Positions 28,225-38,481 of a stretch of 64,000 nt of DNA are shown in pieces (position 1 is the first letter of the stretch; each line of letters starts with the position of its first letter). The stretch is from positions 64,542 through 128,541 of the forward strand of contig JAOZFN010000014.1 of the NCBI GenBank assembly GCA_027492205.1. The letters run 5' to 3'. Under the pieces are notes generated by a model. That model was not told the origin of the DNA and did no database searches. It saw only the letters and a list, made by a program, of their open reading frames with translations. This stretch comes from Thermoproteota archaeon (GTDB lineage Archaea > Korarchaeota > Korarchaeia > Korarchaeales > Korarchaeaceae). A program made the position numbers and the translations under genes.

Positions 28225-31053
28225 TCAGCTCCGACCGGAACCTCGTCTCACCGTCTGCAGTCGCTCCGTCTCGATCACCCGCGTTTGAGTTTCCGGTGAG
28301 GCTTGGAGGCGCGCCTGCAGGCTGGTCCCGCGATCGGCACCCCCACGGGCCCCCACCGGGTGGACCCTCCCGACCCCCACGCCGGCTCTCCCTCCCGGCT
28401 CGTAGACCGGGCCCCACGGGTGCGTCCTCCAGGGGTCCCAGAGCCAGGCCAGCAGGAGGGACGCCATGAAGCCGCTCGTCGAGAGGATGGCGTGCTGCTT
28501 GCCTGTGGCGAACTGACCGACGGGGTTCCCCTCGTACCAGAAGTACCTGGACCCGTAGAGGAACTGCTGCAGGGCGACCTGCAGGTAGGTCTGGTTGCCC
28601 GAGTACTCCCAGGCGTAGACGAAGGCGTCGCTTATCACAAGCATCCAGGCGTTGGCCCCGCCTCCGGGCGACCAGTCGCTGACCCTGCCGTCGCCCCACC
28701 ACCTGTAGACGAAGTGGGGCCCGGAGAAGGCGTCGTCTCCCACGCGGTGGTAGGCGTACCTGAGCATCCACCTCGCGTACCCCAGCAGGGAGCTCTTGGC
28801 GGCCTGGTCCGTCCTCCCTCTGGTCCACCTGATCAGGTCCAGGTACTCCCCCAGCGCCACCATGAGCATGGCCTGCTGCCAGGGGGCCACGGACCTGCCG
28901 GCCATCCCCTCCGAGGGCCCGGAGGCGTACCACCTGCGGTCGAAGTGGGACTCCTCGACCACCCTCCCCGCCGCCTGGAGGAACCTCTCATCCCACGTGG
29001 CCTGGTAAGCCGCCAAAAGGATCATTAGGGCGTTGGCCGGGGCCCTGGCCTCGTCGCCCGTGGTCCCGCTGTATCCCGGCTCACCGGGGCCGTTCGTCAC
29101 CCTCCAGTAGGCGTTCTCCGACAGCTCCATCGCGGCCTCCCAGGCGGGGCGGTAGCCTGTCAGGTAGTAGTACAGGAAGAGGCCCCTCGCGAACTGAAAC
29201 TCGAGGCTTGGAGAGGACCCCCTGTGGGGGTTCTCCAGCCCGGGCTCCCCGTGGGGGGTGTGCCAGAACATGCCTCCCCAGCTCCACCTGATCCAGTAGG
29301 AGGAGGGCTGGGATGGGTCGCCCCAGTGGACGTGGAGCACGTCCATGTCTGCGGTGTGCCTGGCCGCCTGCTCTCCCAGCAGCCACCACCTCCGCGAGTT
29401 CACGTCGTCCCCTCCCAGCAGCCTGAGGCTCTGGACCAGCATCCCGTACTCGAAGTCGTACTGCAGGTTGCTCTGGCCGGTCCCGCCGTCCTCGTCCACC
29501 ACCCTCACGTCCCCGAAGTGCATCCACCCGTAGAAGTCCACCCTCTCCCTGGCGTCGAAGAGGTTGTCCGCGTACGGGCCGGCAGTCCCGTTCACGGCCG
29601 CCAGGTTGTTCAGCTCGTAGCACGTCAGCCAGGGGTTCAGGGGCTGGTAGGGGGGCCACCTCTCGTACAGCCCGTACTCCAGGTAGAGCTCCGCCGGGGC
29701 CCTGGCCTGCATGGGGTCCATCAGGCCCACGACCTCCCGGGCGCGCCCCTCGGTGAACCGGCCGGGGTGGAAGTTCAGGACGAGCTCGTGGGTCTTCCTC
29801 TCCCCGGCCCTGTGCTCGAAGGGCGCAGAGAACTGAGTCGGCATGAGGCCCACCCGGACCTGCCCGGAGGGGAGGAGCTCGATCGAACTCGGGTAGCTCT
29901 CCCAGAAGTACCTCTTGCCGACCGTCAGGCCGAAGCCCTCGTATGACAGGTCGGCCCAGCCCTCCGACCTGTTCCCGCGGTGCAGATCCCTCTCCCCCAC
30001 CCTCACCACGTACCCCCTGAAGCTGACCCCGGGCCACCTGTCCCAGTCCGGCCCGCCGCTCGAGTCCTGGTAGAGCAGCGCGGCGCCGGTCAGGTCGCCC
30101 CGCAGGATCCGTCCATCCGCGGGGACGGCGTAGGATGGGTCAGGCCCGCGGGTGAGGTTCAGCCTCAGCTCCACACCCTCGAACCTAACGGAGTTCGGGG
30201 ACCCCAGCCTGAGGCAGTTAGGCTGCCCCGAGCCGTCGTTAAGACAGGGGAGCACGTTCTCCTCCGCGTAGTAGACTCTGAGGTAGCTCTTCCAGGCGAA
30301 GGCGTGGATCCTGAGCGTGTAGTTCAGGAGGGTGCCGCCCGCCGGGCTGACGTGCGATCCCCTGACCAGGATCGAGACCCTCAGCGGCCCGGCCTCCTCC
30401 ACCTCAACCACCCTTCCCCCGAGGCCGGCCAGGTACTCCCCTCCGTCCTCCCCGACCACGACCACGTCTCCCCCTTCGGCCACTTCAGCCTCGGGGAAGC
30501 CGTCCCCGTCGAGGTCGAGGCGGAAGGGTCCGAGCAGGGGGGAGCCGCTCCTCCCCACCTCGAAGCTCAGCGGGCCGGTGCGGACGATCAGGGCGTCGCC
30601 CAGGTCCTCGACCTCCAGGGGGGTGTCCACCCCCCGTGGTTGGGCGCCGGCCTCGAGATAGTAGGTGGACTCTCCTCCAGCCTCGACGTCGGCCTGGAGA
30701 TCCACGAGGACCCACCTCAGGCTCCCGTCGGCCCACCTGGCCAGCACGCTGAACTGGGCCGGAACCTCGAGCGCCGATCCTTCCAGCAGCCGCAACTCAT
30801 CCACGTCCCAGGCCACCCCGGGCGGGAGGGGGACGCCCGACGACACGGGCTCCCCGCGCCTGTCCCATGGGAGCCAGTTCCTCACGGTCAGGGGGATCGC
30901 GTGGACGGGGCCCAAAACCTGCTTGGACGTCGGGCCGACGCACGCGGCCCCGGCGCGTAGGGGCGGCGATCCCCCCGGTGAGGCCTGGGGGACCAGGAGA
31001 AGGATCAGGGCGCCGGCGGAGAGGAGGCGGGACCTCACCTCACCATCCCACAC
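28225..31053 (-). CDS. Large secreted protein, PL26/YetA exo-rhamnogalacturonan-lyase-like
   Basis: Signal peptide; EPVSSGVPLPPG...VPAQFSVLARWADGSLRWVLVD N-terminal barrel; EEAGPLR; YGWMHFGD and NLQYD preceding a helical barrel. Confidence 0.7.
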   Translation of the reverse strand: MWDGEVRSRLLSAGALILLLVPQASPGGSPPLRAGAACVGPTSKQVLGPVHAIPLTVRNWLPWDRRGEPVSSGVPLPPGVAWDVDELRLLEGSALEVPAQFSVLARWADGSLRWVLVDLQADVEAGGESTYYLEAGAQPRGVDTPLEVEDLGDALIVRTGPLSFEVGRSGSPLLGPFRLDLDGDGFPEAEVAEGGDVVVVGEDGGEYLAGLGGRVVEVEEAGPLRVSILVRGSHVSPAGGTLLNYTLRIHAFAWKSYLRVYYAEENVLPCLNDGSGQPNCLRLGSPNSVRFEGVELRLNLTRGPDPSYAVPADGRILRGDLTGAALLYQDSSGGPDWDRWPGVSFRGYVVRVGERDLHRGNRSEGWADLSYEGFGLTVGKRYFWESYPSSIELLPSGQVRVGLMPTQFSAPFEHRAGERKTHELVLNFHPGRFTEGRAREVVGLMDPMQARAPAELYLEYGLYERWPPYQPLNPWLTCYELNNLAAVNGTAGPYADNLFDARERVDFYGWMHFGDVRVVDEDGGTGQSNLQYDFEYGMLVQSLRLLGGDDVNSRRWWLLGEQAARHTADMDVLHVHWGDPSQPSSYWIRWSWGGMFWHTPHGEPGLENPHRGSSPSLEFQFARGLFLYYYLTGYRPAWEAAMELSENAYWRVTNGPGEPGYSGTTGDEARAPANALMILLAAYQATWDERFLQAAGRVVEESHFDRRWYASGPSEGMAGRSVAPWQQAMLMVALGEYLDLIRWTRGRTDQAAKSSLLGYARWMLRYAYHRVGDDAFSGPHFVYRWWGDGRVSDWSPGGGANAWMLVISDAFVYAWEYSGNQTYLQVALQQFLYGSRYFWYEGNPVGQFATGKQHAILSTSGFMASLLLAWLWDPWRTHPWGPVYEPGGRAGVGVGRVHPVGARGGADRGTSLQARLQASPETQTRVIETERLQTVRRGSGRS

Positions 31054-31166
31054 GCGCCGGGGGTCAGGACCTTGATAGCGTTTAGGACCGGGGGTATAGA
31101 CCAGAAGTCGGGGGGCGCCGACGGGGCCTCGAATCGGGTTTTAAGTGTCCGCGCGGCGCGGCCCCC

Positions 31167-32471
31167 GTGGGCGGAAGGAGAGTCCTAGCCCTGCTGGCCG
31201 CGGCGCTGGCAGTCACCTCAGCCGCGGCGCTGGCGTGGCTCAGGGTCGCGGGCCCTCGACGGGAGAGGGACGGCTTCTTCGGGATCACCGGGGTCGTCCG
31301 AGATCTCTCGCATCTCCGGGAGCTCGGGGTCGACGTGCACAGCTTCGGCTTCTTCGTGGGAGCGGACCCGGGATACGTCGGCTCCCCTCAGGAGAGGAGG
31401 AACACCAGGGTGATGAGGTGGGTGGTGGGGAACGGCTCCGAGCCGCTCGCGGCCTTCTGGGTCCCGGAGGTCAGGGACCCGGACGCCACGTTCCGGGCGG
31501 TCGAGGGGATAGTCAGGTACTACACGGAGGGGGAGGGGGCGGCCCGCGTCGGCAGGCGGGTGACGCTGTGGATGGTGGGGAACGAGGAGAACGGGGGGTG
31601 GGGGACGTCCTGCGGGCCCGAGGAGTTCGCCCGGAGGTTCGAGGTCTACGCCTCCGCCATAAAGGAGGCCTGCCCAGACTGCACCGTGGTGATGGGGGGC
31701 CTACTGGACGAGTCCTCGCTGGGCCCGTACCTGAGGGCATTCCTGGACACCGGCGCCGGCCGGCTGGTCGACGCCTTCAACTTCCACTACTACGGGCTCG
31801 CCGCCCCATCGGAGCGGCTCCCCGGGGCCCAGACGTACCTCTCTGGCGTGCGGATATACAGGGGGGTCAAGGAGATCCTGTCCGAGTACGGGCTGGGCGA
31901 CAGGCCGGTCTGGGTGCAGGAGACCTCGACCTTCTCCGGGTGCGTAGGGGAGGTATGCCAGACCGAGGTGGAGCAGGCCGCGGACCTGGTCAAGAGGTTC
32001 GTGACCCTCAGGGCCGCGGGGGCGGAGAGGGTCTTCTGGTGCTACGTCGAGGAGCCGAGCTACGAGGGCACCGGCCGGGGTTTCTTCGACCAGTCTGGGC
32101 TGATCTACGACGGCAGGGGCCCGTGGGACAGGGGGGCGGGGGTGAAGAAGAGGGGGTTCTACGCGTACAGGACCACCTCCAGGCTCCTCGGGTCAGCGAG
32201 GCTCGAGTTCTCCATAAATGACTCTCTGACCTATCTCTTCAGGTTTTCCACCCCAAAGGGGCCCGTCTCGGTTGTCTGGCAAGACTGGTGGGTCGTAAGG
32301 GGTCCCGGCCAGGGCGCCCCCCTCGTCCTGGAGGGTGAGGGGACCCTCGAGGCCCTCGACCTGTCTGGCGAGGAGATCGCGCTCGGCTCCGGGAGCCTCG
32401 AACTCTTCCTGGGTAAGGAACCGGTCTTCGTTCTAGGGGAGGTGAGCGGGTTCAGGTACTCCGGCGGGTAG
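31167..32471 (+). CDS. Secreted clan GH-A glycoside hydrolase (GH39/GH5-like)
   Basis: Signal anchor; WMVGNEEN (acid/base), DAFNFHYY and PVWVQETS (nucleophile). Confidence 0.78.
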   Translation: MGGRRVLALLAAALAVTSAAALAWLRVAGPRRERDGFFGITGVVRDLSHLRELGVDVHSFGFFVGADPGYVGSPQERRNTRVMRWVVGNGSEPLAAFWVPEVRDPDATFRAVEGIVRYYTEGEGAARVGRRVTLWMVGNEENGGWGTSCGPEEFARRFEVYASAIKEACPDCTVVMGGLLDESSLGPYLRAFLDTGAGRLVDAFNFHYYGLAAPSERLPGAQTYLSGVRIYRGVKEILSEYGLGDRPVWVQETSTFSGCVGEVCQTEVEQAADLVKRFVTLRAAGAERVFWCYVEEPSYEGTGRGFFDQSGLIYDGRGPWDRGAGVKKRGFYAYRTTSRLLGSARLEFSINDSLTYLFRFSTPKGPVSVVWQDWWVVRGPGQGAPLVLEGEGTLEALDLSGEEIALGSGSLELFLGKEPVFVLGEVSGFRYSGG

Positions 32472-32538
32472 GTCGGCCCCGCGATCCTGCGCGGCGCGCC
32501 CACAGCTATATATAGTTGATGGGAATTCATTCCACAGT

Positions 32539-32769
32539 ATGGGAGCCAATGTGGTTGAGATGGACGACAGGGGCAGGATCACCCTCCCGGCCAGGCTCAG
32601 GAGGGAGCTGGGGGCCAGGAGGTTCCTCGTCCTGAGGAGCGGGAGGGAGGTCAGGCTGATCCCCCTGAGGGACCCGCTGGACCTCAAGGGATCGGTCAAG
32701 ATACCCTGGAGCGCGGAGGAGCTCGAGGAGGCGGGTGAGGAGTCTGCCGCGCAGAGGGCTGAGTGGTAA
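32539..32769 (+). CDS. vapB: AbrB/MazE-type antitoxin
   Basis: MDDRGRITLPARLRRELG. Confidence 0.85.
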   Translation: MGANVVEMDDRGRITLPARLRRELGARRFLVLRSGREVRLIPLRDPLDLKGSVKIPWSAEELEEAGEESAAQRAEW

Positions 32770-32770
32770 G

Positions 32771-33202
32771 GTGCTCTTGGACGCCGACGTGTTCATCTCC
32801 TTCCTGAGGGGAGACGAGCTCGCAGACGCCGCAGAGGTGGTGGTTCGGTCTCTCTCGTCGGGTGAGGCCACGGGGCTCGTCTCCTCGATCATGTACGACG
32901 AGCTTATCAGCGCGCTCAGGTCGAAGGGAGCCTCCCTCGACCTCATTGAGGAGGTCCTGGCGGGGGTGGCGGCCATCCCCCACACTCCGCTCCCCGTCAC
33001 CCCGGAGGTGGCCCTGCTGGCCCTGCGGCTGTACCGGGAGCACGGCGGCCCCAGGAGGCTGCACTACTTCGACTCCTTCCACGTGGCCACGGCCTCCCTC
33101 GAGGGAGTTCCGATTGTCACGAGCGATAGGTACATCCTGAGGCACGCGGACTCGCTCGGAGTCGAGGTCGTAAACCTCAGAGACCTCCCGCCCGAGAGAT
33201 GA
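32771..33202 (+). CDS. vapC: PIN-domain toxin
   Basis: LLDADV, YFDSFHVA and VTSD. Confidence 0.88.
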   Translation: MLLDADVFISFLRGDELADAAEVVVRSLSSGEATGLVSSIMYDELISALRSKGASLDLIEEVLAGVAAIPHTPLPVTPEVALLALRLYREHGGPRRLHYFDSFHVATASLEGVPIVTSDRYILRHADSLGVEVVNLRDLPPER

Positions 33203-33206
33203 GGGG

Positions 33207-33510
33207 ATGTGCCAGCGATCCCTCGGTAAACCTATCATTACTACCAAGAGTTCTCACCACAGGGTGGCGAAGGAGGCGATAATGAGGAAGCTGGCTGAGT
33301 TCGGGCTCGAGAGGCTTGAGAGGAGGGCCGAGGGGCCGAGGGACGTTCTGGAGAAGCTGGACGTCCAGAGGGTCGTCGCGCACATGAGGGAAGAAAGGGA
33401 GTCGAGGTGAGGATGATGGTTGACGCCAGCTCGATAACCCGGGCTGTGAGGGAGGGCGGAATGCGGAGGCTCGCGGGGGGCAACGATCCCCCTGGCCAGG
33501 TTTGAGGCGC
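33207..33510 (+). pseudogene. Degraded antitoxin plus truncated PIN toxin
   Basis: Antitoxin C-terminus VVAHMREERESR overlaps GTG 33407, which reads MRMMVDASSITRAVREG...LARFE; the PIN similarity ends near 33505. Confidence 0.6.
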
Positions 33511-33968
33511 GACGGATTCCCTCCAACGGTCGCCGACATTGGCCGCGGCCTCTCTCAGCCGCCTGGACGGCTGCTCGACCGGGGTGACCCTCTCCAGCCA
33601 ACCGCCCTCCGCCTCCTTAGCGTACTGGTAGTACTCAACCGAGCTGGAGTAGAAAACGTCCCCCACCCGCAGACCGTCCCTCCCAACAACACCCCCCGTG
33701 CCGACCACGACGATGAAGCGGGGCCTCCAGATGGAGATTACCGCCCTGGTTAGGCTGGCAGAGAGCAGGTTCCCCCTGTCGGTGCACCTGACGCATGCCA
33801 TCCGGCACCCCTTCAGGGAGCCGCGGTAGTACTCAAGGCCGCGCTCTCCGTAGTCGACTCGATGAGGGCTTCCAGGTTTAGGGACTCCCTGACGGCCCTG
33901 CACTCCTCATCCATGGCGGTGATCACCACGTAGTCCACGATTGAGCCGCGCGAGGGGGAGTCGTCCAT
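33505..33968 (-). pseudogene. MTA/SAH nucleosidase (PNP_UDP_1) domain, frameshifted and truncated
   Basis: DYVVITAMDEECRAV in one frame, then GNLLSA...WRPRFIVVVGTGG...LRVGDV..SSSVEYY in another; C-terminal half missing. Confidence 0.7.
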
Positions 33969-34866
33969 CCCGGGGCGGCTTTTCCAGCCTTCATAAAAAT
34001 GGTCGCTCTGCTGCACGGGACCGCGGGGGGGATCAGCGATTGGTCCGGGCTGGACCCCGTCGTCTTGAGGGTGTGGCGAAGCTTCGAAGGTGCGGCGAAG
34101 GCGCCGCGACCCTCGAAGGACACGCCAGACAAGGTCTTGGGTGGTTGGAAGGGGCACTCTAGGGCGTGCGTCGTCGCGGGCTTGCGGCGGCCGAAGAGGG
34201 AGCCCACGGTGGAGTGCAATCCCTCCCACGCGCTCCCGGGGAGGGCCCACCCGAGGGCGCTTGAAATAAGGTCGAGGGGAGCGAGGGGACCAGCGACCGT
34301 TTAATACCTCTCCCACGTCTCAGCCGCCTGAGCGTCCGCATGTCGCGCGAGAGCACCAGTGCGACTGGTTTAGGGAGGAGATGGACGATCTCTGGCCGGG
34401 GTTCTACCGCGGGCTGGCCAGGGGATGAATAGAGGATGTGGACTTGACCTGCGCCTGGAGAGAGTGCCGCACGGCGAGCGCGGAGGGGCCCACGCGTCGT
34501 TGTTCCTGGCCAGAGGGGTGAAGCGGTGAGACCCCCTAGCTGTACCGCGAGCTCAATCCTGCGCACCTTCTGGGCATCGGAGGGATCTGGGAGGGCCGTC
34601 GTTCCCGTGCTTTTGGACGTGGGACTGGGAGCGGGTATCGAAGTTCAGGCGAGGAGCGGTCCATTCCGGGTGGAGAGTTGAGGGTCTTGGCAGAGCTTCT
34701 CAGAGATCTGGCTTCTCTAGGGGAGTAGCGATCCCAGCTGGGGGCGACCAATGATTTCAGTCCTTCGCTCGATCGCTTGACCCACCAGCCGGAGAGTTCT
34801 CCATATTTCTAAAAAGTGGGTAGAAACATATTTCATGCTATCATTGAGATAGTAGGTGAGCTTTGC

Positions 34867-35103
34867 GTGGGGACCATAGTCAGGATGGATCGGCAGGGCA
34901 GGGTGCTGATCCCCGCGAAGGTGAGGAGGCGGGTCGGATCGAGGCTGTTCGTGTTGGAGGAGACTGGGGGCGTGATAGTGCTCAGGCCCATTAAGGCGGT
35001 GAGGCCGTCAGACCTGTTTGACGCCATTGAGATTGACGTTGATCGGTTCACCGACTCACACGAGCTGAGGAGGGCCGTCCATGAGCGAGGTAACGTTCAT
35101 TGA
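34867..35103 (+). CDS. vapB: AbrB/MazE-type antitoxin
   Basis: MDRQGRVLIPAKVRR. Confidence 0.85.
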   Translation: MGTIVRMDRQGRVLIPAKVRRRVGSRLFVLEETGGVIVLRPIKAVRPSDLFDAIEIDVDRFTDSHELRRAVHERGNVH

Positions 35104-35506
35104 CTCAAGCGTCTTTCTCCACGCGTACCTAAGACCCAGGAGGGAGATGAGACCAGAAGAGGTCAAGGTCAAGGAGGAGGCGAAGGGGATACTCCTCAGG
35201 GTTGAGGCCGGCGAGCGGGTCGCCACCACCGTCGTGCACCTTAGCGAGATAGCCAACATAGTCGAGTCAAGGGTCGGCCTCGCCGAGAGCGTGGGCCTGA
35301 TGGCCTGGCTTCTGTCAGCGGGGAACGTCGAGGTCCTCCCCGTGAGCCGGAGCGACTACGCGGCGGCCGTGTCCGTGGCCAAGCGGCGTGGTGTTAGCGT
35401 TAACGACGCCCTTGCATACGTGAAGATGCTTGAGCTGGGTATCAGGAGGGCGTACAGCTTTGATCGCCACTTCAGGAGGTTCGAGGACATTGAAGTTCAA
35501 CCCTGA
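35081..35506 (+). CDS. vapC: PIN-domain toxin
   Basis: FIDSSVF, SVNDAL and YSFDRHF. Confidence 0.9.
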   Translation: MSEVTFIDSSVFLHAYLRPRREMRPEEVKVKEEAKGILLRVEAGERVATTVVHLSEIANIVESRVGLAESVGLMAWLLSAGNVEVLPVSRSDYAAAVSVAKRRGVSVNDALAYVKMLELGIRRAYSFDRHFRRFEDIEVQP

Positions 35507-35658
35507 GGCCCCCCGCTGATCGGCCTCGCCGCGTCAGACCCTCCCCTCTGCCGCCGGCGCCTCCCAGCACACTCAGCCCGCTTGAAATGGGGTTGAGGGG
35601 CGAGGGGACCAGCGACCGTTTAATACCTCTCCCACGTCTCAGCTGCCTGAGCGTCCGC

Positions 35659-36039
35659 ATGTCGGAGTGGATCTCGAGGGGGAGGGTCTTCCTCTCTGAG
35701 GCGCGAGAGAACTTGGGTGAGGGGCACTACTGGCTTGCCTGCTTCAACGCTCACCAGGCCGCCGAGTTTCACCTGAAGGGCCTCCTCGTCTCTCTCACCG
35801 GGATCTACCCCTTCTCGCACGACCTAGTCGAGCTGCTGCGCGCCGCCGAGTCGCTTGACCTCTCGGCGCCTCCCGAGGTCTTGGAGGCCGCGGACGCCCT
35901 CACGCCCCACTACACCATGGCCAGGTACCCCGGCCGGACCCCTGGGCGGTACGACAGGGAGAGGGCAGAGAGGTGCATCTCTTATGCCGAGAGGATCGTC
36001 GAGTGGGTTGAGAAGGCTCTTGAGGAGCGAGGCCGATAG
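35659..36039 (+). CDS. HEPN domain protein
   Basis: ACFNAHQAAEFHLK, SHDL and YTMARYP. Confidence 0.88.
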   Translation: MSEWISRGRVFLSEARENLGEGHYWLACFNAHQAAEFHLKGLLVSLTGIYPFSHDLVELLRAAESLDLSAPPEVLEAADALTPHYTMARYPGRTPGRYDRERAERCISYAERIVEWVEKALEERGR

Positions 36040-36391
36040 GCTCAGGCGCCAGCCACTCCTCTTCAGGGAGTTCGTCGAGAGGCTCAGGCGCCGGCGTCCA
36101 CGATCGACGATTCTCCTGTTTGGCTCTAGGGCGAGGGGGGAGGCGCGGGCGGCGAGTGACTACGATGTGGCGATAATTCTGCCGGACCCGGATCCCCTGG
36201 AGGAGGCGATCTGGGCTAGGAAGGCGAGGCCGAGGGGTCTGAGGGCCGACATAGTCGTGCTGGATGTCCGCCAGCTGGAGGACCCGGTGTACGCGCGGAT
36301 GCTGGACGGGGCCGTAGTTCTACACGACGGGCTCAACCTGTTCGGGAAGGGCCGCCGCGCATCTAGGGGGGGACTCTGCTCTGGCTCCTAG
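36008..36391 (+). CDS. Minimal nucleotidyltransferase
   Basis: LFGSRARGEARAASDYD; overlaps the HEPN gene. Confidence 0.85.
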   Translation: MRRLLRSEADRLRRQPLLFREFVERLRRRRPRSTILLFGSRARGEARAASDYDVAIILPDPDPLEEAIWARKARPRGLRADIVVLDVRQLEDPVYARMLDGAVVLHDGLNLFGKGRRASRGGLCSGS

Positions 36392-37090
36392 GCGTTAATG
36401 ATAAGTCCCTTTCTAACTCGGACTTGAGAGAGGCGCGGGAGGCAGATGGGGGGCCGAAGATCGAGGTCCAAGAATGGCCGACCCTTAGTGTTCATTTTCC
36501 TGCCTCGGAGCCTAAGTTAGCAGGCTGAGTGAGAGCTATTCGACGGCTACCGAGTCACTAGCTCAGGAACTCGGCAAGCTCGCTAGGTCTGGATCTTCCA
36601 AGCCCATTCACGCCTCTTCCGTCGCTGGCAGAGCGAGTGCGATGTACGACCTGAGGGATGGTGTCTAAGGCAGGAAGTAAGCCTACATTACGTGCAGGAG
36701 CCCAAAACTCCCACTGCCAGTCAAAGAGATCTTTAGGTCCGCGAGCGATGGAGGCGTGAAGAACAGGCGCATTTCAATGGAGACGAGCAGAAGCGTTGTA
36801 GGCGAGCTTAAGGACGCCGTGAAGTTCTACACGTGGGCAGGTAGAAGATTGCAGCGGTTCCCGTGAGAGACTTCATGAGGGCTTCATTGGAAGGGGAAAA
36901 ACACGCTCCTGGTGGTCAGCGTTTGGGTGGAGGTCAGAACGGTGAGGAAGGTGCAGGCAATGCTGTTCGACACGCTAACAGAGTGAGAATTCGATCCCTC
37001 CTCCCACGACTCTTCGTCGGCGCTGGTTTCAAGCTGGTTCCACGCCATCTCACCCGTGTTCGATATTTCTGATCGCCCGATCTCACTCGC

Positions 37091-38437
37091 GTGCGTGTGG
37101 GTCGTTGGGTTGTCGCGATTGCCGTCTGCATAATCGTCGCCTCAGCCGGGATAGCTTATGGCGTGTGGGTCCACAGAGGGGAGCGAACTGAGGGGCCCGA
37201 TGTAAACCTCTCTCGAGTCAGGGTGGCAATACTATACGAGCGGGTGACAGACGGGGGCCTCATCAACAGGAGTCTAGACGACGTGGTGCGAATAGTCGAG
37301 GAGACGAAAGCGGACATGATATTCAGGGGTTTCTGGAGGTGGAGCTCCTTCCCCGATGACTGCTCTCAGCTGCCGAAGAGGCTCCAGGCGCGGTGCGAGT
37401 TGGCCGGATACAGCTACGAGCACCTCGAGGAGGCGGTCGCCGCCATAAAGGAGGCCAAGCCAGACCTGATATTCTGCGGCGCGGTTCCAGCCCAGAAGGT
37501 GTGGAGTAAGCACGAGAGGAACCCGGAGACTGGCGAGATCCTAGAGTATCCGGATACTTGGGAAATGGCTTTAGACCCTGGTAAGTGGGGCATCAGCGTC
37601 TCGAAGGAGAGGTTTCAGTGTGAGCTCGGGAAGACCCACCTCTGGGTCGACCAAGAGCTGAACTGCGCGGAGTACGACCCTGAGGAGGCTGATGGATACT
37701 TCCCGGACATAACGAACGAGAAGTTTCAGGAGCTTCTCCTTAGCTGGGCCGAGGAGCAGATCGACCGGGGAGCGGACGCCATCTGGATAGACATGCTTCT
37801 CACGCAGGCCAGGATTATGGAGCGCCTTACCGGAGACCAGAATCACCCAGCCGTGTTGGACGCCCTAAGAGCGGCGCAGAAGATTGTGGACGGGATACAC
37901 TCCTACGGGAGATCCAAGGGGAAGTACGTATACGTCGGGAGCTGGTGGTCTGCCGCTAAATTCTCCAACTACAGGCCAGACCTCGACTTCGTGACAGTAT
38001 CTCCCACGGTCGAGGAGGTGCTCAGCATGGAGTTCAACGAGACTAGGTGGAGCGAGATCGTTGGGCTGGTGAGGGAGCGCATGGGCGATGTACCGATATT
38101 CGCGTTTATCGACTGGGCGAGCACCACATACACCCCACTCGGGGCCTTCAGTCAGAAACTGACCCCCGAGCAGCAGAGAGAGTTCCTCAGGAGGGCAGAC
38201 GCCTTCTTCCGGTTTAGGGGGATAGTATTCGTGTACCCAGTCCACGGGGGCTACATGGGAGTCGACGCCGCCGTGCTCTCGTACGGCAGTTACGGCTTCT
38301 ACGACAGCCTGGCGCCGGAGTTCCAGACCTACGAGACCATAGTGGGACTCGCCCAATCTTGCGGCGAGGGATTGATGGTCGCTTGGTGTCGAGGAGGGGC
38401 CATCCACGGCCTCAGGCGTCACCCTCCCCAGGTCTAA
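37091..38437 (+). CDS. Membrane-anchored secreted protein, putative TIM-barrel glycoside hydrolase
   Basis: N-terminal TM; YFPDITNEKFQ and GADAIWIDM resemble GH TIM-barrel strands; aromatic-rich. Confidence 0.55.
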   Translation: MRVGRWVVAIAVCIIVASAGIAYGVWVHRGERTEGPDVNLSRVRVAILYERVTDGGLINRSLDDVVRIVEETKADMIFRGFWRWSSFPDDCSQLPKRLQARCELAGYSYEHLEEAVAAIKEAKPDLIFCGAVPAQKVWSKHERNPETGEILEYPDTWEMALDPGKWGISVSKERFQCELGKTHLWVDQELNCAEYDPEEADGYFPDITNEKFQELLLSWAEEQIDRGADAIWIDMLLTQARIMERLTGDQNHPAVLDALRAAQKIVDGIHSYGRSKGKYVYVGSWWSAAKFSNYRPDLDFVTVSPTVEEVLSMEFNETRWSEIVGLVRERMGDVPIFAFIDWASTTYTPLGAFSQKLTPEQQREFLRRADAFFRFRGIVFVYPVHGGYMGVDAAVLSYGSYGFYDSLAPEFQTYETIVGLAQSCGEGLMVAWCRGGAIHGLRRHPPQV

Positions 38438-38481
38438 GGCGGGACCTGAACCGTCAACTCTCACGCGGGCGAGGATGCACT

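Larger units (their letters stand above)
34281..35664. repeat. 65-bp direct repeat (34281-34345 and 35600-35664) containing a TATA box and start codon
   Basis: GCGAGGGGACCAGCGACCGTTTAATACC...GTCCGCATGTCG with one mismatch; partial similarity extends about 20 bp upstream. Confidence 0.88.

Noticed and set aside
36392-37090. Lower-GC intergenic stretch, possible ncRNA or gene debris
   Set aside because: No convincing ORF, repeat or RNA motif could be supported.
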